Source of the DNA: Marsupella aquatica
Lineage: Eukaryota > Plantae > Marchantiophyta
Direction: 5' to 3'
DNA length: 64,000 bases
Assembly: GCA_973895155.1 (NCBI GenBank)
Contig: OZ316893.1
Location: 3,826,490-3,890,489 of the forward strand
A program made the translations under genes and the position numbers. Numbering within the stretch: position 1 is the stretch's first letter; each line of letters starts with the position of its first letter. Shown here one piece after another: positions 46,888-60,876 of this stretch. The notes below the pieces were generated by a model that did not search any database, had not been told where the DNA came from, and was given only the letters and a program-made list of their open reading frames with translations.

Positions 46888-49800
46888 AACACTACCCTTC
46901 AGGTTTGGCGGAACCTTATGAAAATATTGGCCAGCATTGTCCTGCTGCCTTGGAAACATCTTGGGAGAACCTGCTTAGGATGGGTTACTGGCTTGGGAGG
47001 AATAGGCGTGTGGTTTGTGGCAACCTGCTTGAAAGCTATCCAGACAAGTAGCCCGACAAGAACTATCAGGGATTAGTTGGTGAGGGATTCACCGATTCTA
47101 CATGAATCGGAGGTCGTCTCCATATTTTCACTATGTCGACAGATTGAGAGATACTATCAGGTATGTCTGGAAATGATTGTACCTCCTTTCACTAGGGTAG
47201 CTCTTCAGAACCATTCCGTGAATTTGTTTGTTGGAGTTACTGAAAGAGCGCATATCAGAAACGGGAAGCAGCTGCTCAACAACTGTGGGTCAAGTCCTGT
47301 CAAAAAGTGTCCGCTCAGACACAGACCACTCCTTCCGGTCTAACTTCATGCATTCAGCTGCCGTGACGATGAGAAACAAGTCTGGCGCAAGCGTGAGCAA
47401 AGGAGAATATCCTTAGCCAGTTTGAGCATCACGTCAATCAACTGACTCGCTGGATACTCTTCACGATAATCTTTATAATCCGCTACTACAATCCACTACA
47501 TGACTGCTAAGCTCAGCAACAGGCTAAGCTTAGGAGGATATTGAGTTGCTGACGACATGTACGAGAATGGATTAGAGACTTTCATTGCGACTCACATGCG
47601 AGCTCATACGATATGATTGAGATCTATGGCTAGTCGGCTAGTTTCACTTGGATGTCATTACCACGAATTCCATGACAATTTTCGTTAAAATTGTGAATAT
47701 GGATAAATCACGCTAACTCAATCATAAATAAAATCGACCGGAAGCTGTTCAATGCAGAGTGTCTATTGCAATCATCTTTTGTCTCTCACTCGTTGTTGAT
47801 GTGTATGCGCCGTAGCTTGATTCACCCGGTACATTGGATGGGTTAGGGCATTGTTTCGGCCGACGTTTTGGCCATCAATCATAGTTTGCTGTGTCACAGG
47901 TTTTCGAGGCTTCGAAGGTTTAATGTTGTTGACCAAAGGTTTCCCAATTTTGTTATTAAGTACACAAGTCCGGTTTGCCATTCTTCTTTGGTACGTACAG
48001 TAGGAGGGTTTCCTGACTTGGCAGCGAGATTCTCTCTCCTTCTGGGCATTTCTTATTCTGAAGGAGTCTGGTATGCATATTTCTTGGAGATGACAGTTCC
48101 GCAATTGGTAAGTAGATTCTGGTTTCTCCATTCCTGTTCTGTAGGAGCAATTCCAAATAAAAAGAATTTCTGAGTTCATCAACATGTGACAAGATTTACA
48201 GAAATGCCAGTGCAATTTCTTGGTGATAACTATTCTGTTGTTGTAAGTTTTCTTCCTCGTCTCCTGTCGAGAAAATATCGTACGATTGGCCAGGTCATCA
48301 TCATCGATGGATGTGCTTCGGTCTGTGTGATCCCGGACTTGCGGTAACGGCATAGCATAGATGTAATAATAATCCATCGTGTACGTAAACGACTCTGACC
48401 ACGAGTTCCCTATCCACGAGAACTCTATTCACCTATATCACTCCAAAAGATCAGACCGACCTCAGCACATCCTGACGATGGATAGCGAAGTGACTTCAAA
48501 AGACATTTTTTCTGAGTGACCTGACATAGTTCTTCTTTCAGAAAGTCACCCGACACAGCCCCTCTTTCAATTCTAGGAACATGAAATTGATCTCTATTAG
48601 GACTTTTGGGGGGACCAAACGACTCTGTGCACCATTGTGTGCAAGGAAGGAGGCTGGGAAGGAAGACAGCACTGGAATGGTACAGACAGTACAAAAGTAA
48701 ATGAGGATAATCACCGGATCTATAATATATATCCAATGATGATGAGAAACTAGACTTGAGGCCTACAATATATATCTAATCAGGATGAGAAACTAGAGTT
48801 GGGGTCGGCTTCTTAAACCACTGTCCATATAAAATGAGAAGTGTCCAATATTTCTCACTTTTTGACATTTCTCTCTTCTAGGGTGAGAATTTGCTCCACA
48901 ATTTCAGGAAAAAAAGTCTAGAAATGGTGAAACCTGGTGGATCCAGGTTTTGTTATGGACAACTGCGCTTTAATAAACTAGAGTTGGGGTCCAGGCTTCT
49001 AGAGTGAAATCTCAAGAGAATGACTTTAGAACCCCACAAAAATTTATGCCGATGGAAAGAAGGATAAGATAATTATTATGTATCTGAAAATGATGATAAT
49101 TTTTGTCATCAATTACATTAATATTCAAGGAATGGGCATTGAGGCTTGTGTATGTACATGCAGCCAATGGGCGCTTGACATTAATCACACAAAGGACATT
49201 GTAGTGCATGGTATTTGACATTGATTAATCACATAATACCTAGGGCTATATATCATATATCATTGCCAAGTGCAAAAAGCACCTCACAAGGAGGACATGA
49301 CCCCAAAGGCCAAGAACACAACCAAGGGGGTTCTGGAGAAATCAACCAGCCAAAAAGCAAAGAACCCCAAAGCCCAAGAGTCAGAATGGCACAAGAACTG
49401 AAGCCCTATTGATTCAGCCACAAACTAAAGAATTGGTAGAGCTCCAGGTGAGGGTAAACTCCTTAAAGGGTCGAAAAGAGAGCTTTGACTAGATCCCCTA
49501 AAATCAACCACCTCGGCCAGTTGAAGGATAGTGATGCTTGAGCCCATTGTAGGGCAACATTCACTCATTGTTGAAAGAAGCCACTTAGGACTGAACAGGG
49601 GGGTAGGGCGTGTTGTGCACAATAACTGCACAGTTGTGGAGGAAACAGTCAAATGATGGCACACCTCCAAATTAAGCTAGTGGGTAGAAATCATGACCAT
49701 CCCCCTCCCCCCCACCCTACCATCAGACTAAAATATTCAGAATAAGTCTCAAGAGAATCAAGAACTGTTCTTCCCTGCCCAGGCCCCACCCACCTGAACC

Positions 49801-50035
49801 ATATCGATCCATTGCCTCTGGCCATCCAGTAATTGCATCCTGGTATGGAAACTGGCCTCATCCCAATACTTGTGAATACATTTTGTAGAAGAGCTTTGCA
49901 CTACATTGTCCCCCCAACTACCCAAAAACAGCTAAAAAGTGACTTTTTTCAAATCAAGGTTGGAGTTGTAGGAAGGTCTAAGGCAGAGGAGATGAACAGT
50001 TGCAGGTGACTGTTGACTTTAGGTCAAGATGAATG

Positions 50036-50742
50036 TGTAACCCCTAAAACCTATAGTAAACATTCATCTTATTTTTGTGAGTAAAAATGAGGGTGGAAAG
50101 TTGTGGTGTTTTTTGGCACGCAATGGTGCTCCTTGAAATGGACACTTTTGGCCCCAGCAACGAGTGGCAAGTTAGCATGCAACCATGTGGCAGCAAGAAG
50201 CCCTGGCCAATCACAACAGCAGTTGAGTTACCTCTGATAAATTACTACTAACGATATTCCATTACTGTATGTTTTCAAACCAAGAAAACAATCCTTAGTT
50301 ACAGAGCAGAGCAAGGCTCTAGACAGGCACAATTAAAGGCAGTCCATCCATAGTGCCCCTTTACGAATGCCCTTGCACGCGACCAGGATCTCAGGGATGC
50401 ACAAGATGACATTAAAATTCTCAGTTCATGTCCATGAAAGTTAAATAAGAGGGAGGCTTAGACCCGGGCTTAGAAGGTTAGGCTTAGAGAGAAAATCATA
50501 GGTGACTATATCAAATCACTTCTAGATGGTTGTGCACTGACCCTACTTTTCAAACTTTCCATCTCATTGATCAGTTTGTTGCTTAATTGATCTGTGAAAT
50601 CAACCTTAATTGGATTCTTAATTGGTTAATCTAATTTAATTTTCTCTACTTGGTCAATGAAGAAGTGCTATAATTGTTTAGCCAATTAACAACCCATGAC
50701 CCCCTTTTACCCGGCCTTGACGGGACTAAGGGTGGCTTTACA
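50036..50742 (+). mobile_element. Possible solo LTR (about 707 bp)
   Basis: Termini TGTAACCCC...GGGTGGCTTTACA resemble gypsy LTR ends, but the flanks do not form a TSD. Confidence 0.4.
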
Positions 50743-50879
50743 ATACATAGGGGTACTCGTCTTGTAACTTCGCTTGTAATGTTGGGCACTCGTTGAACCC
50801 AACAAGGCTGACATTACCATTATCATGTCATGGGTTTTCCCAAGGTAAAATCACCTGGTTGGGTAACATTCAGCAGTTA

Positions 50880-52900
50880 ACAAATTGGCAACTATGTTAT
50901 CCCATTGAAGCTAGTGGCTCCCCAATAGACTGACTTTATTGCTGGTAGAGGAATCATGGACAATGTCTTAGCTTTCAAGGTGAGGCAAGAATAGGCAAAC
51001 ATCGTTACACAGCCTAGTATTTTTTTAAAACTTTCTTTTGCCAAAGTCTATCATTGACAGAGTGGATCACATTTTCATGTGCAACACAACCTATAAGAGA
51101 ATATTGATTTGAAGTCTATTTCCTTGATTCAAGCTCTTGATCTCAAAGCTGCTTCAAAGTTCCATGTCAATGAGGGCTTTACCCTGGGAGATACTTTTGG
51201 AACCCCATTTGGAACGTGGGGTAAGGCAAGGATGGCTGCAAAGCAACACCTTTGTTGTGTGCTTTAGCCACTCAACCACCTACTGATGAGCATATAAAGT
51301 CAAAGCCAAACTTTTGGCTAGTGAACTCAATGGACTGAACACTCAAGAGAGCCGACATCTGCTTCACCAACTCTTTGTTGAAAACACTGGGCTGTAAATT
51401 CTCAGAGCCACTGAAGCAAAATTGCAGACTAGTGCAACAGCAAAGTTTGCAATGTGTTGCATTGCTAGAAGGGCCAGGTAATCACATACTTGGGCTGTGA
51501 CCCCACAGGCAAGGGCATCAATTAAACAGTACAAGAAACAGATTGAGTTCCTCATGGACAAACTTAGTCAGAAAATGATTATGGTATTGGACCAATGACA
51601 CTCACCTTGGCAGGTCCTGTTAAAGCATGCTCTCCATGCGATTTTTGTGTAGCATCTTACTTTGCTTCGCATCTAGAAGACTGGATATATACAAGCAATT
51701 CAAACAGATTTAAATTTCTATACTTGCTTAAGGGAGACCACTGTTGACGGTGCCAACAAAATGACTCTTGTTGCTTGAGACACCAGTTATAAACAATGCT
51801 ACAATAAGGGGACTTGCAACCATATACAGGCCTTTTGTGCTTCACTCTCAAGCATGTAAGCCAGGTGAAGATCATCACCAAACTCCTCATTGGGTTTGAC
51901 ACTGCGTGGGTGAGCATGGCCAAGTGCCTGATTAACAACACCACTAGTAAAGGGACCAGTTTGAAAAGAGCAATGATTTTGGGATGCTAGAGATTGCCTC
52001 CTCTCCCACACTTTGACAGTTGCTTTTTGCACCTGATCAATGGCTTGCTTAGGGGTTGAGAGTTCTCACACTGCCACCTTCACTTTCATTAATACTGGAA
52101 AATTCCCATTTACCTCTTGGTCGGTGACTTATTTTGGCAAGTCAACTGCATTGAGAGATACAGGCTTGGAAGAGCTTTGTGGCTACTAGATCAATCCTCA
52201 TTGTGGCTGACCTTGACAACAATGATCGCAACTGAAAACAACCGCACAAATTCATAGGCCACTCCAAGTGGCAAGGACTCAACAGTATGATTGCTACTAA
52301 CTACAACTAATCTACTTACTTCATACTTCCAAGCAATTCATTAACAAGAAGTTGTGTAATTCTGATGGACCTAGACTCAGGGTGAGAAGAAAACATGGAG
52401 TCTTCCAACCAAGACGTGGGCTACAATGTCACAAGAAGATTGTACTCCCTTTGGGCAACTCAACCGCACATGGTTCTCCCTAGACTCTCAAGTGATATGG
52501 AGGAGCCACCGGATTTGTCCAAGCTTGGTCATCTCCTATATTAAACTTGATTTTTGGTAGGTGCTCCATGAGGGGTTTTCTTCATTGGTGTACTCTTAAG
52601 TGGAATATTGTACTGCTTGTCAAGGACACATTGAACAATTGAGTGAACATATGTTCTTGGGTATATTCTATGACTGCCCATTGCTTAGCCCATGTTGAAT
52701 ATATGGACTCAACTCAATGTTCAGTTGAGAGAATTAGTTTGAACAAGGCAGCTGCTGGTTGCTTGTCCTTTGGGAAGATTGAGATTGCTATTTGGTCACC
52801 AAAGTGCAATCACTACTTCCTCTTTCTTGTCACAAAATGTTTACTTAGCAGCATCTTCATTGAGCCTGGATATTTAGAGGACAAGTGGTTTTAGCACTTT
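50880..52900 (+). pseudogene. Highly degraded L1-like LINE ORF2 remnant
   Basis: Broken RT motifs FIAGRGIMDNVL (about 50935), FLKL.F.K...DRVDH (about 51025-51070), LERGVRQG (about 51210) and HQLFV (about 51365). zf-RVT-like CTACQG....EHMF at about 52610-52660. Confidence 0.75.
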
Positions 52901-55022
52901 GGCGCATTGTTGACATGTGTCTTGGCTTTTGGGCCTGTTTCATTTTTGCCCCGTTGGTCTTTGCTGCCATGGTTTTTGTATTCATTGGGTGCACTATTGC
53001 TATTTATGTGATTATATCTTTAAAAAGTGGAGGCACCTACAACTGTTTTCACGGAACCAAAATAGCCAAAGCTAGAGCCAAAGTTTAGAAAAGTTTGGAC
53101 CACCTCTAGAGGTGATTTAAAATTCTAGAAAACACCAGCACTCCACGTACATCAGCATATCCTTGGGGTCACCTCTTGCCACATAGAATTGGAAGACACC
53201 ATATAATTACCTGAATGGGCCCGGAGTTAGTACGTGTGCTGCCAACTGCAGCAGTTTCCACTGATTTTCTTGTCCAAATAAAAAGAAGCAATGGGCCCCA
53301 TATGTCTTGTAAAGCCACCCTAAGAGCACTCCCACCCATGTTTGCCAAAAAGCCATGTCGTAAGGCTGTTTGCAAGCCACTTTGGTGCCCATGCATCTAA
53401 GTTCAGGCTGGGTCCAATTTGCTGCCCCACTGGTCCTGCTTCTCATGATACACCCAAACTCAGCAGAGGTCGTCTGTTCACATCTCTAGGAAAATCCAAA
53501 GGCAACACCTCTCCGGGCACGTCTCCGCACTCTTGCCACTGCAGAGACATCCGGTCAAGACTGATGCGGGGACTGATGCCGCCAATCATAGCCGTCAATT
53601 GCTCTTGGGGGGCTGTGTTCCGCAGGGGTCTGTCAGAGGCTGGTAGTAAAAATGGAGGGCCACGACATTGTAGTGCCACAACCTGGCCGGGTTTGGCCTT
53701 GCCGTGCAAATCAGGGGTCTGGACCCAGTGATCTGTCACTCCGGACACCCAGTCATCCCGACCACCCAGTCACCAACCCCCGGCCCGGCCCCTCCTGTCC
53801 CCCATCCTCTTCTTGGCGGACCTGACCCTTCAAACCCTAATCCGCTGCCGCCACCCGGCCCCAACCCCGACCCCAAACCCGAACCCTAATCCCCAGCCCC
53901 GGCCCGGCCCGCCCCGACCTGACCCGATCCAGCCCTGACCCCAAACCAGGGGACTGGCTTTCTAAATTGGGGGAGTCCCGGGACTGGGCCGGGAAGGGGT
54001 TGAAAGGGGGAAATTTGGGACCAGCTGGGGAATAAGGAAATAAGGAGGAATATGCATAATTTGGTTCATTTTGGAGCCCTAATATGAACATGACAGGCAA
54101 CACTTAAACTTGCCCATCAGCTCAAACCTGGCAACCTTGGGGGGGCGGGTCTCAAAACTGGGCCCCACACACTCCTCGGTCCCCCAACTTGCTAGCAACC
54201 AGGCCCAATAGTTGTTGCCCAATAGCTGTTCCCTGGGAGTGCTCTAAGTTTCTGTTTAAAAGAAAAAAAAAGGAAAAGGTGGCAAGGTTTACACAAAACA
54301 ATAGAAGGTACCCATAATAATAAACAATAATAATAATAATAAAAGAGAAAAGAAAAGAAAAGAAAAGAAAGGGAGGAGGTCCCAATGCTCTAGACTCTAG
54401 AGACCCACCCAATGACCCAATCGAGGGTGGGAATATGCATCCGTCCATGAGAGCTGATGATGTCGCGTAAATACAAAGAAAGACACACGAGCTTCCTTTT
54501 TCCTGTAGTAGAGTGGGTCCTCCTTTCTTCACACTACTCACTACAGTAGACATCGAAGGCAGGCACGCAGGAAGAGGCAGGCAGACAGGCAGGCGGGTGG
54601 GCGGGCGAGGGCGGTGGATCGATCGCTTTGCGGAGTGGCAGTCGTTCAGTATGAACACACACACGTAGACAAGCCAATCCATTTTGTCTGGGCTGAATCG
54701 ATCACAATCCTGAGGGCGGGCAGTGCATGGTGGTGGTGGTGACTCTGTTCTTTTCCACGGTGACCCCAGCCCGCTTTTCATTCTCCAATTCGGTTCTCTC
54801 TCTCTCTCTCTGAATCATCAATTTGCGAACAGATTTGTCGATCGCTGCTGAGGATGCTTCGGCTCCTGGCATGATTGAGCCCGTCTCCCATTGGTGGAAT
54901 GATTGCGATCGCGTCTGCGAGGGTCGAGCCTGATCGGCACGTCGAGCAATCCATTTAACGGCAGCGAGAAGTGAAGAGACGAGAGGAGGGGAGAGGAGAA
55001 GAGCAATTGGTTTACATGCAAG

Positions 55023-58000
55023 ATGGGGCTATGGGAGTCGTTCCTCAATTGGCTTCTCAGGTATTGAGAAATTCCTTCCGTGTTTGTGATTTGGTTCGGG
55101 TCGATTGCCTCTCGAGAACTTAGGAATCGGTGATACTGAAGCGAGGAGAGTGTTTCATCGACTTCCGCGGCATTGTTGTCACTGCTGGCAGCTTAGAATG
55201 CAAGTAGTTCATATTTTCCACTTGAGAGCGCTGCCGTGTTCTCCCAAGGGCTGTGGTCATCAAATTGATCTCGGCATGGATGTGTGTGGATTGTAGTGAA
55301 GAGTTTTCGTTAGAAACGTGCGATTAGGGTTGCAGCGTTCTCGTCTATGCATTTACTTCATCGTGGCAGTGGAATTCATTCTAGAAGAAGGCGATGGTTC
55401 TGTATTACACCCTATCGTTGGTGGACGTTTCTCCAAAAGGTACGGGTAGGGTCCCTTCTTCATCACGAAACCGCGAAACTTGGACAACCATAACTTTCCA
55501 TGTAGACCTACGGAAACCTCGATGCGATTTCGTTGAGTCGGACGAAATGAGGGACGTGGCAGAACATGATCATTTGTATTAGACCAGAAGGCAACAAGCT
55601 GGTTTCTCTGGAAAAGTTCAGAAAAGTATGTCACGGCATGGACTCCAGTGAAGCACATCAGTTTGCGCGAGGATTGGGTTTCCTACTTTCTGCTTATACA
55701 ACTGTCGTTCACCAGTGTCGTGTGGATCGTAGACAGCGTCCAGGGATGCGTACCTCGACGTGCTGTTTCTTATCTTAAGCTCCGTAAATTGTATGACCAA
55801 GGATGAGAGGCCACAAACGCTAGGGAACTCGAGATCGATCTTGAGTTGTTTATCTCTCATGGCACGAATATTTCCATTTTACTGCAGTTAAGCTTGCTAG
55901 CATAGCGAGCAGTTAAGACTCAATATTCTTGCGAGTGGGTTCCGCAATTGCTCCATCAGTTACTCCCTGCCTTGGAGATTCGCAGTTTCAATCCTCAATG
56001 TGAGCGTAAGGACAGCATAGACGGGGGCCAATGAAATAAGAGAATTCGCGTAGCAAATACCGGTCTAGCAAACTTCATATCCCAAGTCTGAGATATATGA
56101 GCAAGCATAGCGGCGGTCTTTAGTTCGACTATGGGTTAAAATCAAAGGTAGTTGACAAAGTACCGCAAAACTGTCTTTGAGCATTTCTCTATGGTTCTGA
56201 AGGGCTATGTCTGTATGTCAAGGCTGCTCCACATTCAGGGGTCCGTTCCTGTTGGACCATGTACTGTAGTAGGCCAGAGTTATTTGGGATAAGCATGAGC
56301 GACGAGCAAGGCGAAATGCTTTCACAGTGCTTGGACCTGTAGGAGCGGTTGGAGGTTACAGAATTCGGAACTGTACAGAGCTATATAACGAAAAGATTAA
56401 ACAACCAATGCGGAAAGGTTGAGTATGTGATTGAAAGGTAGCAAAGAAAGCCAAGGAGGACAAAGGAAAAGGTCAGAGTGATTGAAAGAATCCCTTCGCC
56501 TAACATGATCTCCGGGACGGAGCAATGATAATGGAGACAAGAGCACTCCGGTATCTTTCAGACTAAAACAAAAGCAGTAAACGAGAATGAGAATCACGAT
56601 CAAGGTGGAAACTGATGAATAGGAAGTAAAATTATTGCATTGGATATGCGAGAATTACCGGTGGATCTCTCAGAATTACCATCGTAGAAAATGAAGTGAA
56701 TTATTTGTCGGTAATAAGTTAAGAGACATCAGCAGGACTTCAAAAAAGAAAATTGGAAGTTTCAACTTTTCTCATTCTCATTCTTTCCTCACTGTAGTCG
56801 ATGCTGTAGGATCTGGATTCCTGACACTAACAGCGAACAGCCTTTAATCACCCGAATTCATAGTTGGTCTGAACTGTAGTTTGGCTACGCATTATCCTAC
56901 CCAGAGAGAGTACTAGAGTTACACGGTGAGGATAAGCATATACCATAGCTTCATGGGTGCAGACCTTTCATTGTGGCAAACTCAGAGATATAATTCTGAC
57001 AATTCCCTGTTGTTCTTTTCTTGGTCAGCTTATTCTTCAAACAAGAGATGGAGCTCTCACTGATAGGACTACAAAATGCAGGAAAAACATCTCTCGTCAA
57101 TGTTATTGCGGTATGTTTGGATTAAAGTCTGGTGCACGCTTGAGCTGGTTTCAGTTTTGATTGGGTTGGGTGTCTAAAGTATAGCGCAACACTCCAAGGA
57201 AATGTTTTCTACTCATAAAAGTGGGTTAATGATTGTTGCTGATGTGCTTTATTGTCTCGTGATGCGGTTGTGGTCTACAGACGGGAGCTTACACTGAGGA
57301 CATGATACCAACGGTAAGTAAGTTGTCTTTTGCCATGAATTGATCTGCTACTATGGCATGCTCCTCTGTTGCGTCACAGGTAGATCCGGTGGAGGGTTTT
57401 CGTTTCTGTTTTAGAATTCAACCTCTATCATTTCCATCTGAAGCACTAATGGAGTTTTTGTTTTGATTTTGATTTTGAAATTTTCACAAGGATACATCCT
57501 TTGTAGGCAAAATAATACATCTGAAAGAGCAACATTCTTTGCGGTCAAGAAGATTCATGATGCACTTCACATGAAGTGAGATTGCTGACTTCAAGTTCGA
57601 TTACAGGTCGGATTCAATATGCGCAAAGTATCAAAGGGAAATGTCACCATAAAGCTCTGGGATCTTGGAGGTCAGCCTCGATTTCGAAGCATGTGGGAGC
57701 GGTACTGCAGAGGAGTCTCAGCTATTGTGTATGTCCCTACTTCCTTCGAATATGTTGTGGGGCCAGTCTAATCCGTGGGGAAAAAGAACGAGACTGATCT
57801 GTTTTTGTCCTTTGCCAGGTATGTGGTGGATGCAGCTGATAGGGATACAATATCCATATCCAAGAGTGAGCTTCATGATCTCATAAGCAAACAGTCCCTG
57901 AATGGAATCCCATTACTGGTACTGGGAAACAAAATTGACAAACCAGATGCTTTACCCAAGCAGGCTCTAGTTGAGCAAATGTAAGTTCTGTCTTATTTTT

Positions 58001-58336
58001 ATGCCCATATTTCTTTTCAATGAGTGACATTGGTTGTTCTTATATTGCATACGCCAGTTTGATTGAACAAATGTGAGTTCTACCTTCCTTCTGTCTACCT
58101 GACTTTTCGTATCTGTTTGGCGCGGGTTGCCTCACTATGCATATTCCAATGGAGCCATCGCTTTAAGATTGTGAACGTGGTTCGTTCTTGAACTGACGTG
58201 GTTGTGCGGATTGTTCAGGGCACTGTCGAGCCTTGCTGATCGGGAGGTGTGTTGTTATATGGTTTCTTGCAAGAATAGTACAAACATCAATGATGTTATG
58301 GACTGGTTGATCAAGCACTCCAAAACCAAAAGTTGA
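55023..58336 (+). CDS. ARL8: ADP-ribosylation factor-like protein 8 (small GTPase), 6 exons
   Basis: Exons 55023-55060, 57029-57110, 57281-57313, 57607-57728, 57819-57980 and 58219-58336. Translation: [36 protein letters not shown]...EDMIPTVGFNMRK...[21 protein letters not shown]...LGNKIDK...[13 protein letters not shown]...WLIKHSK. Confidence 0.97.
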
Positions 58337-60229
58337 TGCTTCGTGAAAGGCAAAATTGGAGGTCAAATTTAGCTTCATGAAGTGGCGTTGCAAGGAAGGG
58401 TAGCTGTGGTTGAAGATGAAGACTTGCTGAGTGTTGAATTTCGTCAATGTTTACCATAGAAGTTGTATGATGTGTAGTTTGTGAATGAAGTGTTCCTAGC
58501 ATTTAATTTAACCTTTGGGATTCCAACGTCTCTCTGGATGTGAAGTGCCTGTGCTAATGTCAAGAGCTTCCAAAGAGATGTGTGGATTGCTTTCAGCTAG
58601 AATTAGGGTTCAGATTCTTTGGAGTCATAGGTCGTCTGCCAAGCCTGAGTACCTCGTAAATGTCAGTTTGCGAATAGTTTCGATTAGGGTCTCTGTCTTC
58701 TTAGCAAACCTAGCAACATTGTTTTGATGTGGCATCTTACTGGACCCACTTGGATTGTAAAGATTGTTGATGTTTGGTTACATCTTAAGCATGAGAATTG
58801 TATGAATGATGTACCAATCCCGGGGCAATTGGTGCGTTTTCTCGTGAAGAACTATGCACCTTAAATGCTTTGACGAGTATATAAAGGTTATTGAAAACGT
58901 TCGACAGCCAAGATACTGGAAAGTTTGAGTGCAGCACGGTGTCCATTTAATCATTTGTGTACGTCTTGAACGGTGGAGTCTGTGTTCAGTATATTTCACT
59001 TCCAGCATGTACTTCGGAGACGAATTGAATTGATGAATCCATTTCAAGTGTTTGGGATTCCAAAGGGTACTTGTACAGAGTGCACAAGGTGCAACAGACG
59101 CAGTAGATGAAAGACTACAACAAGATTCGAGCATATGATGAAGGAATATTATCCCCCAGAAAGACTACGTCTCTTGTGGACGGCAACAAGATTCGAGCAT
59201 ATGATGAAGAAATATTATCGCCGTCTGTTGTTGACGGCAGGAGAGCTTGGTAATTATCTGATCAGAACGTGTTGGAACCTGAAAAATGAATATAACGAGC
59301 GGAGTGAATATGCCATGAGAAACTAGCGGAGAATACGAAGTTTGTTATGCCAAATCGTCTATGCCCTGTGTTGGCAGTGCTTGTAACGAAGCAGAAACTT
59401 TCCTTTTAGGGTACTTATAGCGGTCTAATCCATGTCCATTGTGCTTCTCGTTACGCCTGCTGTGGCCACAAATGATGTATAGTTTAGTCATCGTTATCGT
59501 TGGGTGACATGATATATCGGCTCATATAGGCTTTGAGAAGGATTGCCACCAGTTTGTCGTTGCATCGAAGTTTTCCTTGAGGAGTTGCACATACCCATGC
59601 TACTTATCTGGGGCAAAAATATGTACGGAAAATCTACCTCAGATACTCCCATGCACATCACAGAACGAGTCATGTGGCCCTCTTTACAATTGTCAAGGAG
59701 ATTAATAAGTGGTAAAAGGTAAAATTTCTGTTTATCATCAGGTTTTTCTTTAATATCTGTCTGGGTGTAAACTGTGGGTGTAACAATAATATCTTTTACC
59801 GTGTAGACTCACCTGAATTACAAACTGAAACTAAGTCGAGATTTTTAATATTCTTCGTACTCCTTCCATAACTAAAACTTGCTGTAAACGACTTTGCATA
59901 AGGACAAATGTCCAATGGATGGAACTTTCTTCGTTTGATAGTTTGTATCCGACTTTCCACAAGGAGAAATGTCCAATGAATAATACTTCTTCGTTGGATA
60001 TTGCTTGCTCTTGGGCGACAACTACAGCACATTAGTTTCTTTCGACTAAAGTGCATGGTTTTACGCAACGATTCTGAATAATGGAAAATATCCTCGTCAA
60101 TTTCAGTGCAAGTTATCACAATCGAAATTTCGTGAAGGTACAACTACAAAAAGAAACTTCAATTCGAAAAAGCACTCGAACCTCTACCAATGTATTAGTA
60201 GAAATTCTCACATGTGTGCCGAGTCGACA

Positions 60230-60705
60230 TTATCAAACCGAAGACAGATTTTAGTCCATTTCAGTAACCATTTCAGATTCTTCAGTAGTATCGAGTCGAA
60301 ACTATCAAATGTAAGACAGATTTTAGTTCATTTCAGTCAAACTATTTGAGATTCTTCGGTAGTATTGCCTACTGTCGCCAGCGTTCACGACTGAGACATT
60401 TCATGCTCAAAACAAATTTCCTTAAATCACAGCAACATGATTTCAGAAATGTAACATGCTCAAAAGAAATTTATATCACAGCAACATGATCTCAGAAAGG
60501 TAACCACACCAGTAAGTGGTCGCACTATCTTGCTAACTGGTTACTTCGCTATATACCTTACTTAACAAACGCTAATGAAGCTCTGGTAAGAAAGCGCTAA
60601 TGAAGTTCTGGTAAGGATCTGTGTATCCTTCAATCTTACTACCATCTTCATCCTTCAATCTTACTATCATCTTCACCCTTCAATCTTACTATCATCTTCA
60701 CCCAT
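60230..60705 (+). repeat. Cluster of short tandem duplications downstream of the GST gene
   Basis: AAGACAGATTTTAGT.CATTTCAGT x2, ATCACAGCAACATGAT.TCAGAAA x2, GCTAATGAAG.TCTGGTAAG x2 and CCTTCAATCTTACTA.CATCTTCA x3. Confidence 0.75.
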
Positions 60706-60876
60706 TGTCCTTTCACAAGTGCTCATGACCTTCTGAGGGCCTTTGTACCGCTACATTGCCAGCTTTCTCAATCAATCAGTGGTTTTGGGCACTGGCTTGA
60801 AATGCTCTCCCTGATCGTATGAGAAGCCAATAATAGCGACTACTCCAGTGACTTTTCCAGTGCATTATTCAAATCA

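Noticed and set aside
47772-48377. 201-aa minus-strand ORF
   Set aside because: No recognisable domain or exon structure; cannot be supported without homology or expression data.
53100-54200. GC-rich, CCCGG-repetitive segment as a defined transposon or Pro-rich gene
   Set aside because: It looks repeat-derived, but I found no matching TIRs or TSD, and the Pro-rich ORFs are compositional artefacts.
54152-54781. 209-aa minus-strand ORF
   Set aside because: Crosses microsatellites and the ARL8 promoter and 5' region; low-complexity translation.
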